Shown piece by piece: positions 19,721 through 28,675 of a stretch of DNA of 64,000 nucleotides. The stretch covers positions 10,320 to 74,319 of the forward strand of contig JAWBZR010000003.1 in the NCBI GenBank assembly GCA_044343545.1, read 5' to 3'. The notes beneath the pieces are model-generated. The model saw only the letters and a list, made by a program, of their open reading frames with translations. It was not told the origin of the DNA and did not search any database. A program made the translations under genes and the position numbers. Source of the stretch: Candidatus Aenigmatarchaeota archaeon (lineage in GTDB: Archaea; Aenigmatarchaeota; Aenigmatarchaeia; CG10238-14). The stretch's first letter is position 1. Every line of letters starts with the position of its first letter.

Positions 19721-20725
19721 AATTGGTGTAGCTAGAGTTTCTTCATCCACGTAAAGTTTTTCATCCATCACAACCTCGCCTTCTACTATTGGCTTGGGTT
19801 CTTTCACAGCCTCTATTCTCAAAAAACTTGAACAGTACCAATCTTTTCCACTCTCAAACTGGATATGTTTAAATAAAGGTGTAATTTCTATTGGATACAT
19901 TTCATCTGAGGGATAAATGCTAAACCTTCTCTTTATGTCTGTGATGACGAAACCCATTTCCAGGAGCATTTTTTCAACCTCATACCACTTTTTTCTTGAT
20001 GCTTCAAGAGTTGTCAAGCCAAAATAACCAGAGGCTCCTATACCATTTAAAGCTGAGACTCCACGAGACAAGAAAAGTTTCAATCCTTCCAATGCTTCTA
20101 CAGGGTCTGTAATAAAAACATCAAATTTTCTTTTAAATTCTTTAGGTAATTCTTTTTGAACGTCATAAACAAAAGCTTCCAAATTTAGAGATAGTTTTTT
20201 TGAAACCTGGTTTATAAAATCTATAATTCTTTTATCAACATCTACAACGACTATTTTTTGAGGCAAACCTGTTAATGAAAGAGCTATACTGAGCAGATCA
20301 TCATCGCCTATTATAAATATATTTCCGTGAATATCACCTCTTTGGCTAATAAACTCTACTCTCCTTATCACATCCTCAACTCTCATAGGGTCTTGATCAT
20401 ACTCTTCTTTTCCATTTGGTCTACCTTTTACTATCTTTTTAAATTTTTGAAAAATTTTCTTATAAACACCTCTAATAGCTATTCCGCTTACACAATTCTT
20501 ACAATCTACACTTGTTTTCAAAAAATTTTTTGCAATTTCTCTACCTTTTTTTGTCAAAGAAACCGTGTTTCTATTTATGTCTACAATCCCTTTAGTTTTC
20601 ATCTCTTCCATTTTTTCGATAAATTCTTTTATGGAAGCATCCTGCTTACTTAGAATTGAAAAATAATCAGTTTCTCCCAATAAGATATTCTGTATTATTT
20701 GTGCTTCTATTCTATCCATTATCAT
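19700..20725 (-). CDS. bpsA: BpsA-like aminopropyltransferase (DUF43; branched-chain polyamine synthase family)
   Basis: N-terminal wHTH-like region plus a Rossmann-like catalytic domain with the characteristic GDDDLLS motif (NIFIIGDDDLLSIALS). Adjacent to speH. Confidence 0.55.
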   Translation of the reverse strand: MIMDRIEAQIIQNILLGETDYFSILSKQDASIKEFIEKMEEMKTKGIVDINRNTVSLTKKGREIAKNFLKTSVDCKNCVSGIAIRGVYKKIFQKFKKIVKGRPNGKEEYDQDPMRVEDVIRRVEFISQRGDIHGNIFIIGDDDLLSIALSLTGLPQKIVVVDVDKRIIDFINQVSKKLSLNLEAFVYDVQKELPKEFKRKFDVFITDPVEALEGLKLFLSRGVSALNGIGASGYFGLTTLEASRKKWYEVEKMLLEMGFVITDIKRRFSIYPSDEMYPIEITPLFKHIQFESGKDWYCSSFLRIEAVKEPKPIVEGEVVMDEKLYVDEETLATPISIHQKF

Positions 20726-21066
20726 CCCCTGTCAAGTATATAATGTCGATAAGATTTTGGTTTGAATTTTTTCAAAAACAATTTAAATGCCCTCTCTGCC
20801 TTTTTTTCATCTCCACAGGTGAAAATATCTACATTTACTAATTCATACTCAGGCCATGTATGAATAGATATATGGCTTTCTGCTATTAAAACAATCCCTG
20901 TAACACCTTGTTTGTCAAATTGTTTGAAAATTGCACCGACCTTATTTAATTTTGCAGAATTAACAACATCTTCGATAATCTTTCTAACTTGGGCTTCCTT
21001 GGAAATGATCCCCGGATCCACTCCATAGAGCTCTGCAATTATATGCTTTCCTACTATCATCTTCAT
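20722..21066 (-). CDS. speH: S-adenosylmethionine decarboxylase proenzyme (pyruvoyl-dependent, archaeal SpeH type)
   Basis: MKMIVGKHIIAELYGV..; processing/active-site region IAESHISIHTWPE. The track ORF starts 6 codons upstream on GTG; ATG at 21066 is preferred. Confidence 0.8.
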   Translation of the reverse strand: MKMIVGKHIIAELYGVDPGIISKEAQVRKIIEDVVNSAKLNKVGAIFKQFDKQGVTGIVLIAESHISIHTWPEYELVNVDIFTCGDEKKAERAFKLFLKKFKPKSYRHYILDRG

Positions 21067-21199
21067 CTTGCATCTAAAAATCACTTTAATTTTATCATGA
21101 AAAATTTTAATAAAAATTTTAATTACATATTTTTAAAATTATCTTTTTCAAAATATTAGTTAGACAATATAAAGTATTAAATTTTTATATTGAAAAAGG

Positions 21200-22246
21200 G
21201 TGAGCCTCATAAGGCTTTTGATTGTGGGTTTTGATCCTGGCGAAAAGGCTGGGTTAGCTTTAATAGATACGTTTGGAAGATTGATTCTCTTGACAAGTAA
21301 AAGTTCTGCAAGCCTATCTCATTTTTCTCAGATAATATTAAAATATGGTAAACCGATAATAGTGGCTACGGATAGAAAACCAACACCTAAATCAGTTGAA
21401 AAGCTGGCAAAATCCTTGGGTGCAAAAATCTACACGCCTTCGGAAACATTAACTGTAAAAGAAAAAAATGATATGGTAAAAAGATATGAAATAAACGTAA
21501 AAAATGATCATGAAAGAGATGCTGTTACCGCTGCATTAAAAGCTTACAAGCATTATGTGTCATTGTTTAAAAAAGTAAATATATCTCTTCATTCGTTGGG
21601 ATTGAATAATATATATAGCAATGTAGTCGAAAGTCTCGTGTTCGGCAAAGCAGAAAATTTGGATGAAGCAATTAATAAGGCTTTAAGTTTTAATAAGGAA
21701 GAAGTTAAAGTCGTAAAGCATTCTAGCAAAACCGAAAAGAAGGTTGATGTGGGCAGACTTGAAAAAGATTTGGAAATTTTGAGAAAGTATAATGAAAGGT
21801 TGAAAGAAGAAATAAAAAGGTTGAAAATGAAACCTAAGATAAAAGTTGTTATTCCAAAAAAAGAATTAGATGAAATGAATAAAACTTTGGAATTTATAAA
21901 GGCTTTGAGAAGACTAGAATTGCAAGGTTTCATACCAATAATAGAAGTAAATTTCGAAAATGCAGAAGATATTGATAAGAAAATAGATTTGATGGGTAGG
22001 GTTGTACATTGCGAGGAAAATAACTTGGAGTTTCTCAATAAATATCAAGTAAAAGCCTTGATAAGTTTCAAAGAAATTTCTATAGGAAAGTTGGACTATC
22101 CTGTCATTGTTTTAGATGAAAAAGAACTGAAAGAAAAGGATGGAATAAAGTATATAGAGAAAGAAATTTTGGAAGAAAAATTAAAAGAAGCGAGGAAAAA
22201 AGGGCTGATTGAATGGATAAAAGATTACAAAAAGAGAAGAATTTAA
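21200..22246 (+). CDS. RNase H-fold (RuvC/YqgF-like, DUF460/COG2433-like) protein with C-terminal coiled coil
   Basis: GTG start. N-terminal LLIVGFDPGEKAGLALID (YqgF/RuvC-like first Asp), then IIVATDR and NDHERDAVTAA acidic motifs. C-terminal half is Lys/Glu-rich coiled coil. Confidence 0.45.
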   Translation: MSLIRLLIVGFDPGEKAGLALIDTFGRLILLTSKSSASLSHFSQIILKYGKPIIVATDRKPTPKSVEKLAKSLGAKIYTPSETLTVKEKNDMVKRYEINVKNDHERDAVTAALKAYKHYVSLFKKVNISLHSLGLNNIYSNVVESLVFGKAENLDEAINKALSFNKEEVKVVKHSSKTEKKVDVGRLEKDLEILRKYNERLKEEIKRLKMKPKIKVVIPKKELDEMNKTLEFIKALRRLELQGFIPIIEVNFENAEDIDKKIDLMGRVVHCEENNLEFLNKYQVKALISFKEISIGKLDYPVIVLDEKELKEKDGIKYIEKEILEEKLKEARKKGLIEWIKDYKKRRI

Positions 22247-22731
22247 AGAACGTTTTATGGTTTTTTTTAAAGTTGAATCTTTTCTTAATACCGTTTTATC
22301 TTGTTATATATTTTGATGTAAAATATGAACCCCTACAAATTTTGTTCGCAAGTGCAATAAAAAAGTTCTTGAGTGTTTTTGGTTTTGAAATATTACAAGA
22401 CAGTTTTATTCTCTATCTTGGCCCTGAGAGGTATGCTGTAGACATATCTTTCGATTGTATAGGATGGAAATCTGCTTACTCACTCTTCGCCTTGGTAATT
22501 TCTTCGCCGGGTTTGTGGAAAGAGAAATTTGCCTTTTTATCTAAATGGTTGCCGTTAACATTTTTAATAAATTTTCTTAGAGTCATATTTGCATTGATCG
22601 TTGGTTTTGTCTTTGGGTTTAGAATAATGGCTCCCTTACATGATTACGTACTTCAACCCTTTATGATTGTGTTGGTTTTGTCTTTGTGGATGCTCTATAT
22701 GAATAGGAGAAGATTTATAGAGAAGAAATGA
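22213..22731 (+). CDS. minimal exosortase/archaeosortase-family membrane protein
   Basis: 172 aa, ~5 TM. Conserved-looking Cys motif SFDCIGWKSAYSLFAL (exosortase CxGxRS-like), N..R motif INFLRVIF and His APLHDY in the order seen in the EpsH/ArtA family. Overlaps both neighbours, so it is in an operon. Confidence 0.45.
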   Translation: MDKRLQKEKNLKNVLWFFLKLNLFLIPFYLVIYFDVKYEPLQILFASAIKKFLSVFGFEILQDSFILYLGPERYAVDISFDCIGWKSAYSLFALVISSPGLWKEKFAFLSKWLPLTFLINFLRVIFALIVGFVFGFRIMAPLHDYVLQPFMIVLVLSLWMLYMNRRRFIEKK

Positions 22732-23939
22732 TAATTAATATTAAGATGTCTGCGTCTAGAGAAGAAACAAAAACGAAAATATTGGAATTTGAGAGACGCA
22801 TAGCTGAGTTAGGTTTAGAAATAGAAAAAATAAAAAAAGATTTTAATGATGTTTGGGGCATAGTACCATATGTAAAAGGAAGGGTAGAAGACTTGGAGAT
22901 AAATGTAGATGTAATTATATTGGGCCTCAGCGACTTGAAAGACCAAATATCATCGATCTCGGGAGAACTAAATTCTTTCAAAAAGACTTTTTTCGAAAAT
23001 GTAGAAGAATATAACAATCGATTACAAGCTCTCAAAATGGATTTAAATCGAATTGTGGCGACGATTGAAAATAACAAGCTAAGCAATGAAAGTAATTTAA
23101 AAGCGATGAATGAAGATTTCCAGAAAAGGATAGATGTCTTAAAAGAAGTCATAGATAAATGTTTGGCACAAATAGATTTGATGCAAAAAAACATTGATTC
23201 AATTAATGGTAACGTTAAAGCGTTGCAAAAAGTTATTGAAATGACGGATAATTCTGCTTTGGTAAAACAAATAGATGTTCTAAATAGCAAAATAGTGAAT
23301 TTAAACGTAGCTTTAGAACAAGTAAAAAATTCTATACCTGACAATAGTGGCTTGGCTAGGGATATAAGCATCTTAAATAGCAAGATACAAACCGTTCAAA
23401 TGAACTTGATGGATGTTAAAAATGATCTTGCAGAGAAAGAAAAAAGAATAGCTCTAAATGAAATCGAGATTGAAAAGATAAAAGGTTCCACTAAAACTTC
23501 CATCGAGGAAATTAATGAAAAAATTAAAGAACAGGATGAAAAATTCATAAAGGCAAAAAATTTGGATGTTTTAGCTACCTTCGGTCTTGAAGCAAAAAAA
23601 AGAATTAATGAGATGGAAAAGATGAAAATGGATACAGAGGTAATGTATAAATCAATGCAAAAAATGAGTTATGAGATGAATAAGAGAATGTATGATTTTG
23701 CTTTGTTAAAAAACGAATTCGAAAAGATTAAAAAAGATGTTGAAAATTTGAGAGTTTTAATAGAAAAGCCAAAAGTTGAGCAATATGATATGGGTAAATT
23801 TTTGGAAGAACTGAAAAACAAAATAGCAGTTCCTGATAAAACTTTATTGGAAATAATTGAAAAAATGAAAAAGTTGGAAGAAAGGTTAGCTTTACTTGAA
23901 ATTTCGAGAAAGACAGAAATACCTGCTATTCTTGAATAA
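22728..23939 (+). CDS. long coiled-coil protein (403 aa)
   Basis: Heptad-rich Lys/Glu/Ile sequence throughout with no TM. Last gene of the three-gene operon. Confidence 0.5.
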   Translation: MIINIKMSASREETKTKILEFERRIAELGLEIEKIKKDFNDVWGIVPYVKGRVEDLEINVDVIILGLSDLKDQISSISGELNSFKKTFFENVEEYNNRLQALKMDLNRIVATIENNKLSNESNLKAMNEDFQKRIDVLKEVIDKCLAQIDLMQKNIDSINGNVKALQKVIEMTDNSALVKQIDVLNSKIVNLNVALEQVKNSIPDNSGLARDISILNSKIQTVQMNLMDVKNDLAEKEKRIALNEIEIEKIKGSTKTSIEEINEKIKEQDEKFIKAKNLDVLATFGLEAKKRINEMEKMKMDTEVMYKSMQKMSYEMNKRMYDFALLKNEFEKIKKDVENLRVLIEKPKVEQYDMGKFLEELKNKIAVPDKTLLEIIEKMKKLEERLALLEISRKTEIPAILE

Positions 23940-23950
23940 AGTTAAAAATT

Positions 23951-24382
23951 TTAAAATTTAATTTTTTCCCAATCCTCAATGCCACCATCAACCACATTGA
24001 AAAGAGGTGAAGGTTCTATTTCCTCGTTCATTATTTCTTTAAATTTTTTCTTATCTCTTCTTTCAAGTTTTTTCAACAAATATCGAAATTCATACTTCAA
24101 TTGGCCCCTCTTGACATCTATAACACCTTTCAAATGTGTAATCTGTATTTTTGACCTGTCAAACTTGTAACCTCTTCTTTCAGCTTCTTCTAAAGTATAT
24201 GTTAAAAAAGAATTTATAGCCTTTATCGGCTCAGGGTAAAGTTTGAATCTTTGAAGCTGAGGATGATTTTTATAACCTTTCGTTTTCCCTTCTAAAACTT
24301 TCTTTGCTAACAATCCTTCTCTCCATTGAGCTACTAATCCTTTTGAATCAAGATACTTTGGGTGCAAACTCCATAAACGCAT
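23951..24382 (-). CDS. pyrimidine-dimer DNA glycosylase (T4 endoV-like) family protein
   Basis: N-terminus MRLWSLHPKYLDSKGLVAQWREGLLAKKVL matches the conserved start of the Pyr_excise family as annotated in archaea and bacteria. Confidence 0.5.
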   Translation of the reverse strand: MRLWSLHPKYLDSKGLVAQWREGLLAKKVLEGKTKGYKNHPQLQRFKLYPEPIKAINSFLTYTLEEAERRGYKFDRSKIQITHLKGVIDVKRGQLKYEFRYLLKKLERRDKKKFKEIMNEEIEPSPLFNVVDGGIEDWEKIKF

Positions 24383-24438
24383 ATTAAGTATTTTTAAAAA
24401 AATGTTTTATAAGTTTGAAACTTTTACGTGGGAGCTAT

Positions 24439-25521
24439 TTACGTAGGAATAACAGCCATATTATCAAAATCTTCCCAACGAGGTATATTGAACAAAGTAT
24501 ATACTCCACTTATAGGATCATTTACTATAAATGCTCTTTGTCCATATCTATAAGTCACGCCAGTAACAACCACTGCGTGTTCGCCATATATTAGCTTGAA
24601 AGTTTGACCTGTTTCTGGATCAGTTTCGGTTTCTACCGGGTTTGTGCGTCTGGATAACCAAACTATTACTGGCTTTCCTTGCATTATTGCATCTTCTAAC
24701 ATATCATAGTTTGCACTAACAGCTATTGAAGGAATACCATTATTGGTTAATAATTCGGCTATAGGCTCATTATATACCCCGTATCCTACAGGATTATTAT
24801 ATCCAGGTGGTGGGTTGCAATACGTAGATACATAACCATTTATTTCGCCTCTAAAGCCTCTGTGTGGATTGCAATGTTTGGGAATTTCTCTAACAAATTT
24901 TTCTTCCCAATAATCTGTTGATCCTTTTTTATAATAGGAAGCTATCATTGCAGCTGATGATAACTCGCAACTTAATTTATAATTTTGGCGATCCAGGGGT
25001 ACGTTTAATATTTTTTCCAAAAAAGTTGTTGTTGTTTGGCGAGTTGTTGTTGTTCTTGTGGTTGTTGTTGTTTGGCGAGTTGTTGTTGTTCTTGTGGTTG
25101 TTGTTTGGCGAGTTGTTGTTGTTCTTGTGGTTGTTGTTTGGCGAGTTGTTGTTGTTCTTGTGGTTGTTGTTGTTTGGCGAGTTGTTGTTGTTCTTGTGGT
25201 TGTTGGAGTAGAAGTAATTTGCGGACAATTAACTGTTCTGCAACAATATTCGTTTGGTTTGCATTGATATCTACCTAAACTTCCTATTCTACCTGCGACA
25301 CAACAATCTGATCTACAAGAAGCATAACCAGAACCGTCAAGAAATGTATTACACGGTGGGTCTGTTGTAGCAGAACTATAACGTATTGCTCCAAAATATT
25401 TTTTGAAAAAATCTAACACAGCATTTAAAAATTTTCCTTGAATATTATATTGAACTATAGCCGCAAATATTATTAACAAAACCAAAATTGAAACAAAAAT
25501 TAAAATTTTTTCCATAAACAA
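24439..25521 (-). CDS. secreted protein: signal peptide, Cys-rich module, Thr/Arg tandem repeats, C-terminal papain-like (C39-like) peptidase domain
   Basis: Signal/TM ILIFVSILVLLIIFAAIV. CNTF..CRSDCC..C..CC..C module. (TTTRTTTTRQTTTT)n linker. C-terminal domain with Cys (KLSCELSSAAMIASYY) and later His (GEHAVVVTGV) plus ND, the arrangement of C39-like peptidases. Confidence 0.5.
   Translation of the reverse strand: MFMEKILIFVSILVLLIIFAAIVQYNIQGKFLNAVLDFFKKYFGAIRYSSATTDPPCNTFLDGSGYASCRSDCCVAGRIGSLGRYQCKPNEYCCRTVNCPQITSTPTTTRTTTTRQTTTTTRTTTTRQTTTTRTTTTRQTTTTRTTTTRQTTTTTRTTTTRQTTTTFLEKILNVPLDRQNYKLSCELSSAAMIASYYKKGSTDYWEEKFVREIPKHCNPHRGFRGEINGYVSTYCNPPPGYNNPVGYGVYNEPIAELLTNNGIPSIAVSANYDMLEDAIMQGKPVIVWLSRRTNPVETETDPETGQTFKLIYGEHAVVVTGVTYRYGQRAFIVNDPISGVYTLFNIPRWEDFDNMAVIPT
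25034..25208. repeat. tandem repeat, 33/36-nt period, ~5 copies (encodes TTTRTTTTRQTT linker)
   Basis: Unit ggcgagttgttgttgttcttgtggttgttgtt(gtt) recurs at 25037, 25073, 25106, 25139 and 25175. Confidence 0.8.
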
Positions 25522-25602
25522 TTAATTTTGATTTCTTAAATATAAATATTTTTTTCGGCTAAATAGCTTACACATTTAAACTAATTTTCTAAAATTAAAG
25601 TA

Positions 25603-27645
25603 ATGCAAAGCTTTATTGTTCTTTTAGCAGAAAAACCTCAAGCAGCATTGAAAATAGCACAAGCATTAGCTGAAGGAGAAATTAACAAGAAAAGCGCAAA
25701 CAACGCTTATTGGTTTGAATTCTATAGAAATGGAGTAAAGCATGTCTGCTTACCTGCAGCAGGTCACTTGTTCGTATTGGATTCCAAAAATAAAAAATGG
25801 GATTATCCCATTTTTGAAATGGAGTGGGTTCCACCTCACAAAAAAAAGGTTAAATTTTCCTTAGCATATTACAAGAATCTAAAAAAATTTGAAAACGCAA
25901 AGAATGTCATTATCTGTTGCGATTACGATGTAGAAGGAGAAGTTATAGGATATAATATTTTAAGATTTATTTTTGGCAAAGAAGATGCGAAAAGGATGAA
26001 GTTTTCTACCCTCACAAAAACTGAGCTAATTGAAGCATATGAGAATGCTATGGATCATTTGGATTTTGGCCAAGTCAAAGCAGGTCTAACGAGACATTAC
26101 TTGGATTTTTTATGGGGAATAAACACAACAAGAGCCCTCACCATTTCAATGAAAAAAGCTATGGGTGGCTTTTCCATAGTTTCAACTGGAAGAGTTCAAG
26201 GACCTACTCTCTATTTGCTCACGAAAAGAGAAAGAGAAATAGCTAATTTTGTACCAAAACCATATTGGGAATTGGAATTGGTTGTATTAAAAAATGACAA
26301 AGAGATAATAGCAACATACGAAAAAGGAAAGTTATGGTCGAAAGAAGAAGCTGAAAAAATACTGAATGATTGCAAAGATAAAGATGTTATCGTCGTTGAA
26401 GTTAAAAAAAAGGAAAGTAAATTGATGCCTCCCACACCTTTCGACACGACAAGTTTGCAGACAGAAGCCTATAGATGTTTCGGTTTTTCACCAACACAAA
26501 CCTTAAACATAGCAGAATCTCTTTATACTTCAGGTTTTATTTCTTATCCGCGAACTAGCAGTCAAAAGTTACCTGAAAAGATAGGATATAAAAGCATATT
26601 TCAAGCATTAAAAAATATTAAAGAATTTTCGCTTTATGCGGAAGAAATTTTAAGTAAAAATGTTCTCAAGCCAAGAGAAGGCAAGAAAGATGATCCTGCT
26701 CATCCCGCTATATATCCCACCTCGCAAACACCAAAATTGAATGATCTGAATCAACAAGAAAGAAAGCTTTACGAGCTAATTGTAAGAAGATTTTTTGCTG
26801 TTTTTGCAGATGAAGCCATAAGAAAATTGTTAAAAATAGTTATGGACATAAACGGATACAAATTCGTTGCGAGAGGTTATGAAACTTTAAGTTTGGGATG
26901 GATGAAATATTATCCTTTTGTTGAAGCAAAAAAAGTTGAGTTGCCTGAAGTGAAAAAAGGTGAATTGTTGAAGCAAAAAAAGTTGAGCTTGTTAGAAAAA
27001 CAAACAAAACCGCCAGAGAGATATACTCAAGCTTCGATTTTAAAAGAAATGGAAAAGAATAATTTGGGTACGAAAGCAACGAGAGCCCAAATATTACAAA
27101 CTTTATATGACAGAGGTTATATAGAAGGGAAAAGTATCAAAGTTACTAGTTTTGGAATGGCAGTAATAGAAGCATTGGAAAAATATTGTCCAGAAATCAT
27201 AGATGTAAATCTAACCGCAAAATTCGAAAAGGAAATGGAGCTAATAAGAGAAAAAAAGAAGGAAATGGAAGACGTGATAGAAGAAGCGAAAAATGTTTTG
27301 CAAGTAATATTGAAAGAATTTAAAGAAAATGAAAGAGACATAGGTGGATTTTTGGCAAAAAAATACAATATCATGAGGAAAGAAAAAAATGTTTTAGGCA
27401 AATGTCCCTATTGTGGAAGTGATATATTAGTTATAACATCAAAATCTTCTGGTAAAAGATTTGCCGGATGCTCTAACCATAAAAATGGCTGTAATTTTTC
27501 TTTATCTTTACCCCAGAAAGGTGAGATTTACCATACACAAAAAAAATGTGAAAAATGTGGGATGCCGATGATAACGATAAAATATAAAGGTAAAAAACCT
27601 TTTTCTACGTGCATGAATTATCAATGTAGAAAAAAATCAGCATGA
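25603..27645 (+). CDS. topA: DNA topoisomerase, type IA (TopA / topo III-like) with C-terminal zinc ribbons
   Basis: Toprim start VLLAEKPQAAL. Active-site region GFISYPRTSS (catalytic Tyr). C-terminal CPYCG..C.NHKNGC and CEKCGMPM..C zinc ribbons. Confidence 0.85.
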   Translation: MQSFIVLLAEKPQAALKIAQALAEGEINKKSANNAYWFEFYRNGVKHVCLPAAGHLFVLDSKNKKWDYPIFEMEWVPPHKKKVKFSLAYYKNLKKFENAKNVIICCDYDVEGEVIGYNILRFIFGKEDAKRMKFSTLTKTELIEAYENAMDHLDFGQVKAGLTRHYLDFLWGINTTRALTISMKKAMGGFSIVSTGRVQGPTLYLLTKREREIANFVPKPYWELELVVLKNDKEIIATYEKGKLWSKEEAEKILNDCKDKDVIVVEVKKKESKLMPPTPFDTTSLQTEAYRCFGFSPTQTLNIAESLYTSGFISYPRTSSQKLPEKIGYKSIFQALKNIKEFSLYAEEILSKNVLKPREGKKDDPAHPAIYPTSQTPKLNDLNQQERKLYELIVRRFFAVFADEAIRKLLKIVMDINGYKFVARGYETLSLGWMKYYPFVEAKKVELPEVKKGELLKQKKLSLLEKQTKPPERYTQASILKEMEKNNLGTKATRAQILQTLYDRGYIEGKSIKVTSFGMAVIEALEKYCPEIIDVNLTAKFEKEMELIREKKKEMEDVIEEAKNVLQVILKEFKENERDIGGFLAKKYNIMRKEKNVLGKCPYCGSDILVITSKSSGKRFAGCSNHKNGCNFSLSLPQKGEIYHTQKKCEKCGMPMITIKYKGKKPFSTCMNYQCRKKSA

Positions 27646-28257
27646 GTATTCAATTGCGCCACTGAATGTTGTATTGAAGCAAGTAATGTCATTATTTGAA
27701 AAGATGTAATAAGTTTTTGATGTGTTGGTGTTTTTAAATTTCAAGCAACAAAAACCACCGACATAATCGTTTATGTAGTTTAACTTTAATTGCTCAAAAC
27801 TTGACTGCAAATTGTTTTTATCTCTCTCAGAATTTCGCAAATCATCTTTACACTCGTCATAATCATCCTTAAGTTGACTGTATTTTATTTTTAATTCATC
27901 ATAATTATCTTCACATTTTGTCAAATCCTTCGTGCAAATTGTTAATTTATCATTCAAGTTGTTCCTTTCAGTTTGGCAAGAAGTAAGAGAGGATATTTTT
28001 CCTTGCAAGTTTAAGCTACAAGTTTCCAGATCTGCATTGGATTGCTCCTGGGCTGTTAAGCAATTAGATAATTCTGACTTTAATGTCGTTACATTTGATT
28101 CCAAGATTTTAACATACTTTCCTGTTTTGATGGAAACACCCGTCAAGCCAACGACTAGAAGAATTAAAACGGTAACGAGAACCCAAATGTTTATAAGTGG
28201 ATTTTGTGTATTGTAGCTTCTCCAGTAATTTTTCCATTGACAAATCATCATAATCAC
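27637..28257 (-). CDS. type II membrane protein with coiled-coil and Cys-rich ectodomain
   Basis: N-terminal TM IWVLVTVLILLVVGLTGV. Then a coiled coil with regularly spaced Cys, ending GGFCCLKF...TCF..SC. Confidence 0.35.
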   Translation of the reverse strand: MIMMICQWKNYWRSYNTQNPLINIWVLVTVLILLVVGLTGVSIKTGKYVKILESNVTTLKSELSNCLTAQEQSNADLETCSLNLQGKISSLTSCQTERNNLNDKLTICTKDLTKCEDNYDELKIKYSQLKDDYDECKDDLRNSERDKNNLQSSFEQLKLNYINDYVGGFCCLKFKNTNTSKTYYIFSNNDITCFNTTFSGAIEYSC

Positions 28258-28276
28258 TTTGGTTTTTCTTGTTTAT

Positions 28277-28603
28277 TTATTTTTCTGTCTTGAAACTAAG
28301 TTTCAATTCTGGTATTTTTGGTGGTGTATTCATTATATCCATCGCTGCTTCTATCGCTTTCAAACCTCTTAAAGTGAGGACGTAGGAATTACCTTTTTTC
28401 GTGATAAAACCATTTTCAAGCAGACAGTTTAGATGCTTGTAGACTTCGCTGCTTCCTATCGGTATTCCCATTCTTTCGAACCACTTTGTAATCATTGTAT
28501 AGCCCATCGGCTCGCTCTGTAATATGAAGAGCAATAACAGCCTTTTTCCTGAAGCAAATGTTTGACTTATATCAAAAATATCCTGTATTGTTTTTTCGTT
28601 CAT
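28277..28603 (-). CDS. winged-helix DNA-binding protein
   Basis: 108 aa; LLLFILQSEPMGYTMITKWFERMG..KHLNCLLENGFITKKGNSYVLTLRG reads as a wHTH. Immediately downstream of the pilin-like gene. Confidence 0.4.
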   Translation of the reverse strand: MNEKTIQDIFDISQTFASGKRLLLLFILQSEPMGYTMITKWFERMGIPIGSSEVYKHLNCLLENGFITKKGNSYVLTLRGLKAIEAAMDIMNTPPKIPELKLSFKTEK

Positions 28604-28675
28604 ATAATTACCTTAAAGTAAGTAAAATTTATAACCTTTTAATGAAAAAGAATTTAAAGTTTATTGAAATTTTGG

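Noticed and set aside
21589-23383. Minus-strand ORFs 21589-22038 and 22715-23383
   Set aside because: They are antisense to the DUF460-like and coiled-coil genes, and have Ser/Phe/Leu low-complexity composition.
24918-25278. Four overlapping ORFs on both strands inside the TTTRTTTT repeat (polyLeu, polyAsn, polyCys/Ser and polyVal translations)
   Set aside because: They are artefacts of the tandem DNA repeat, which is open in all frames. Only the minus-strand frame is continuous with a signal peptide and a C-terminal domain.
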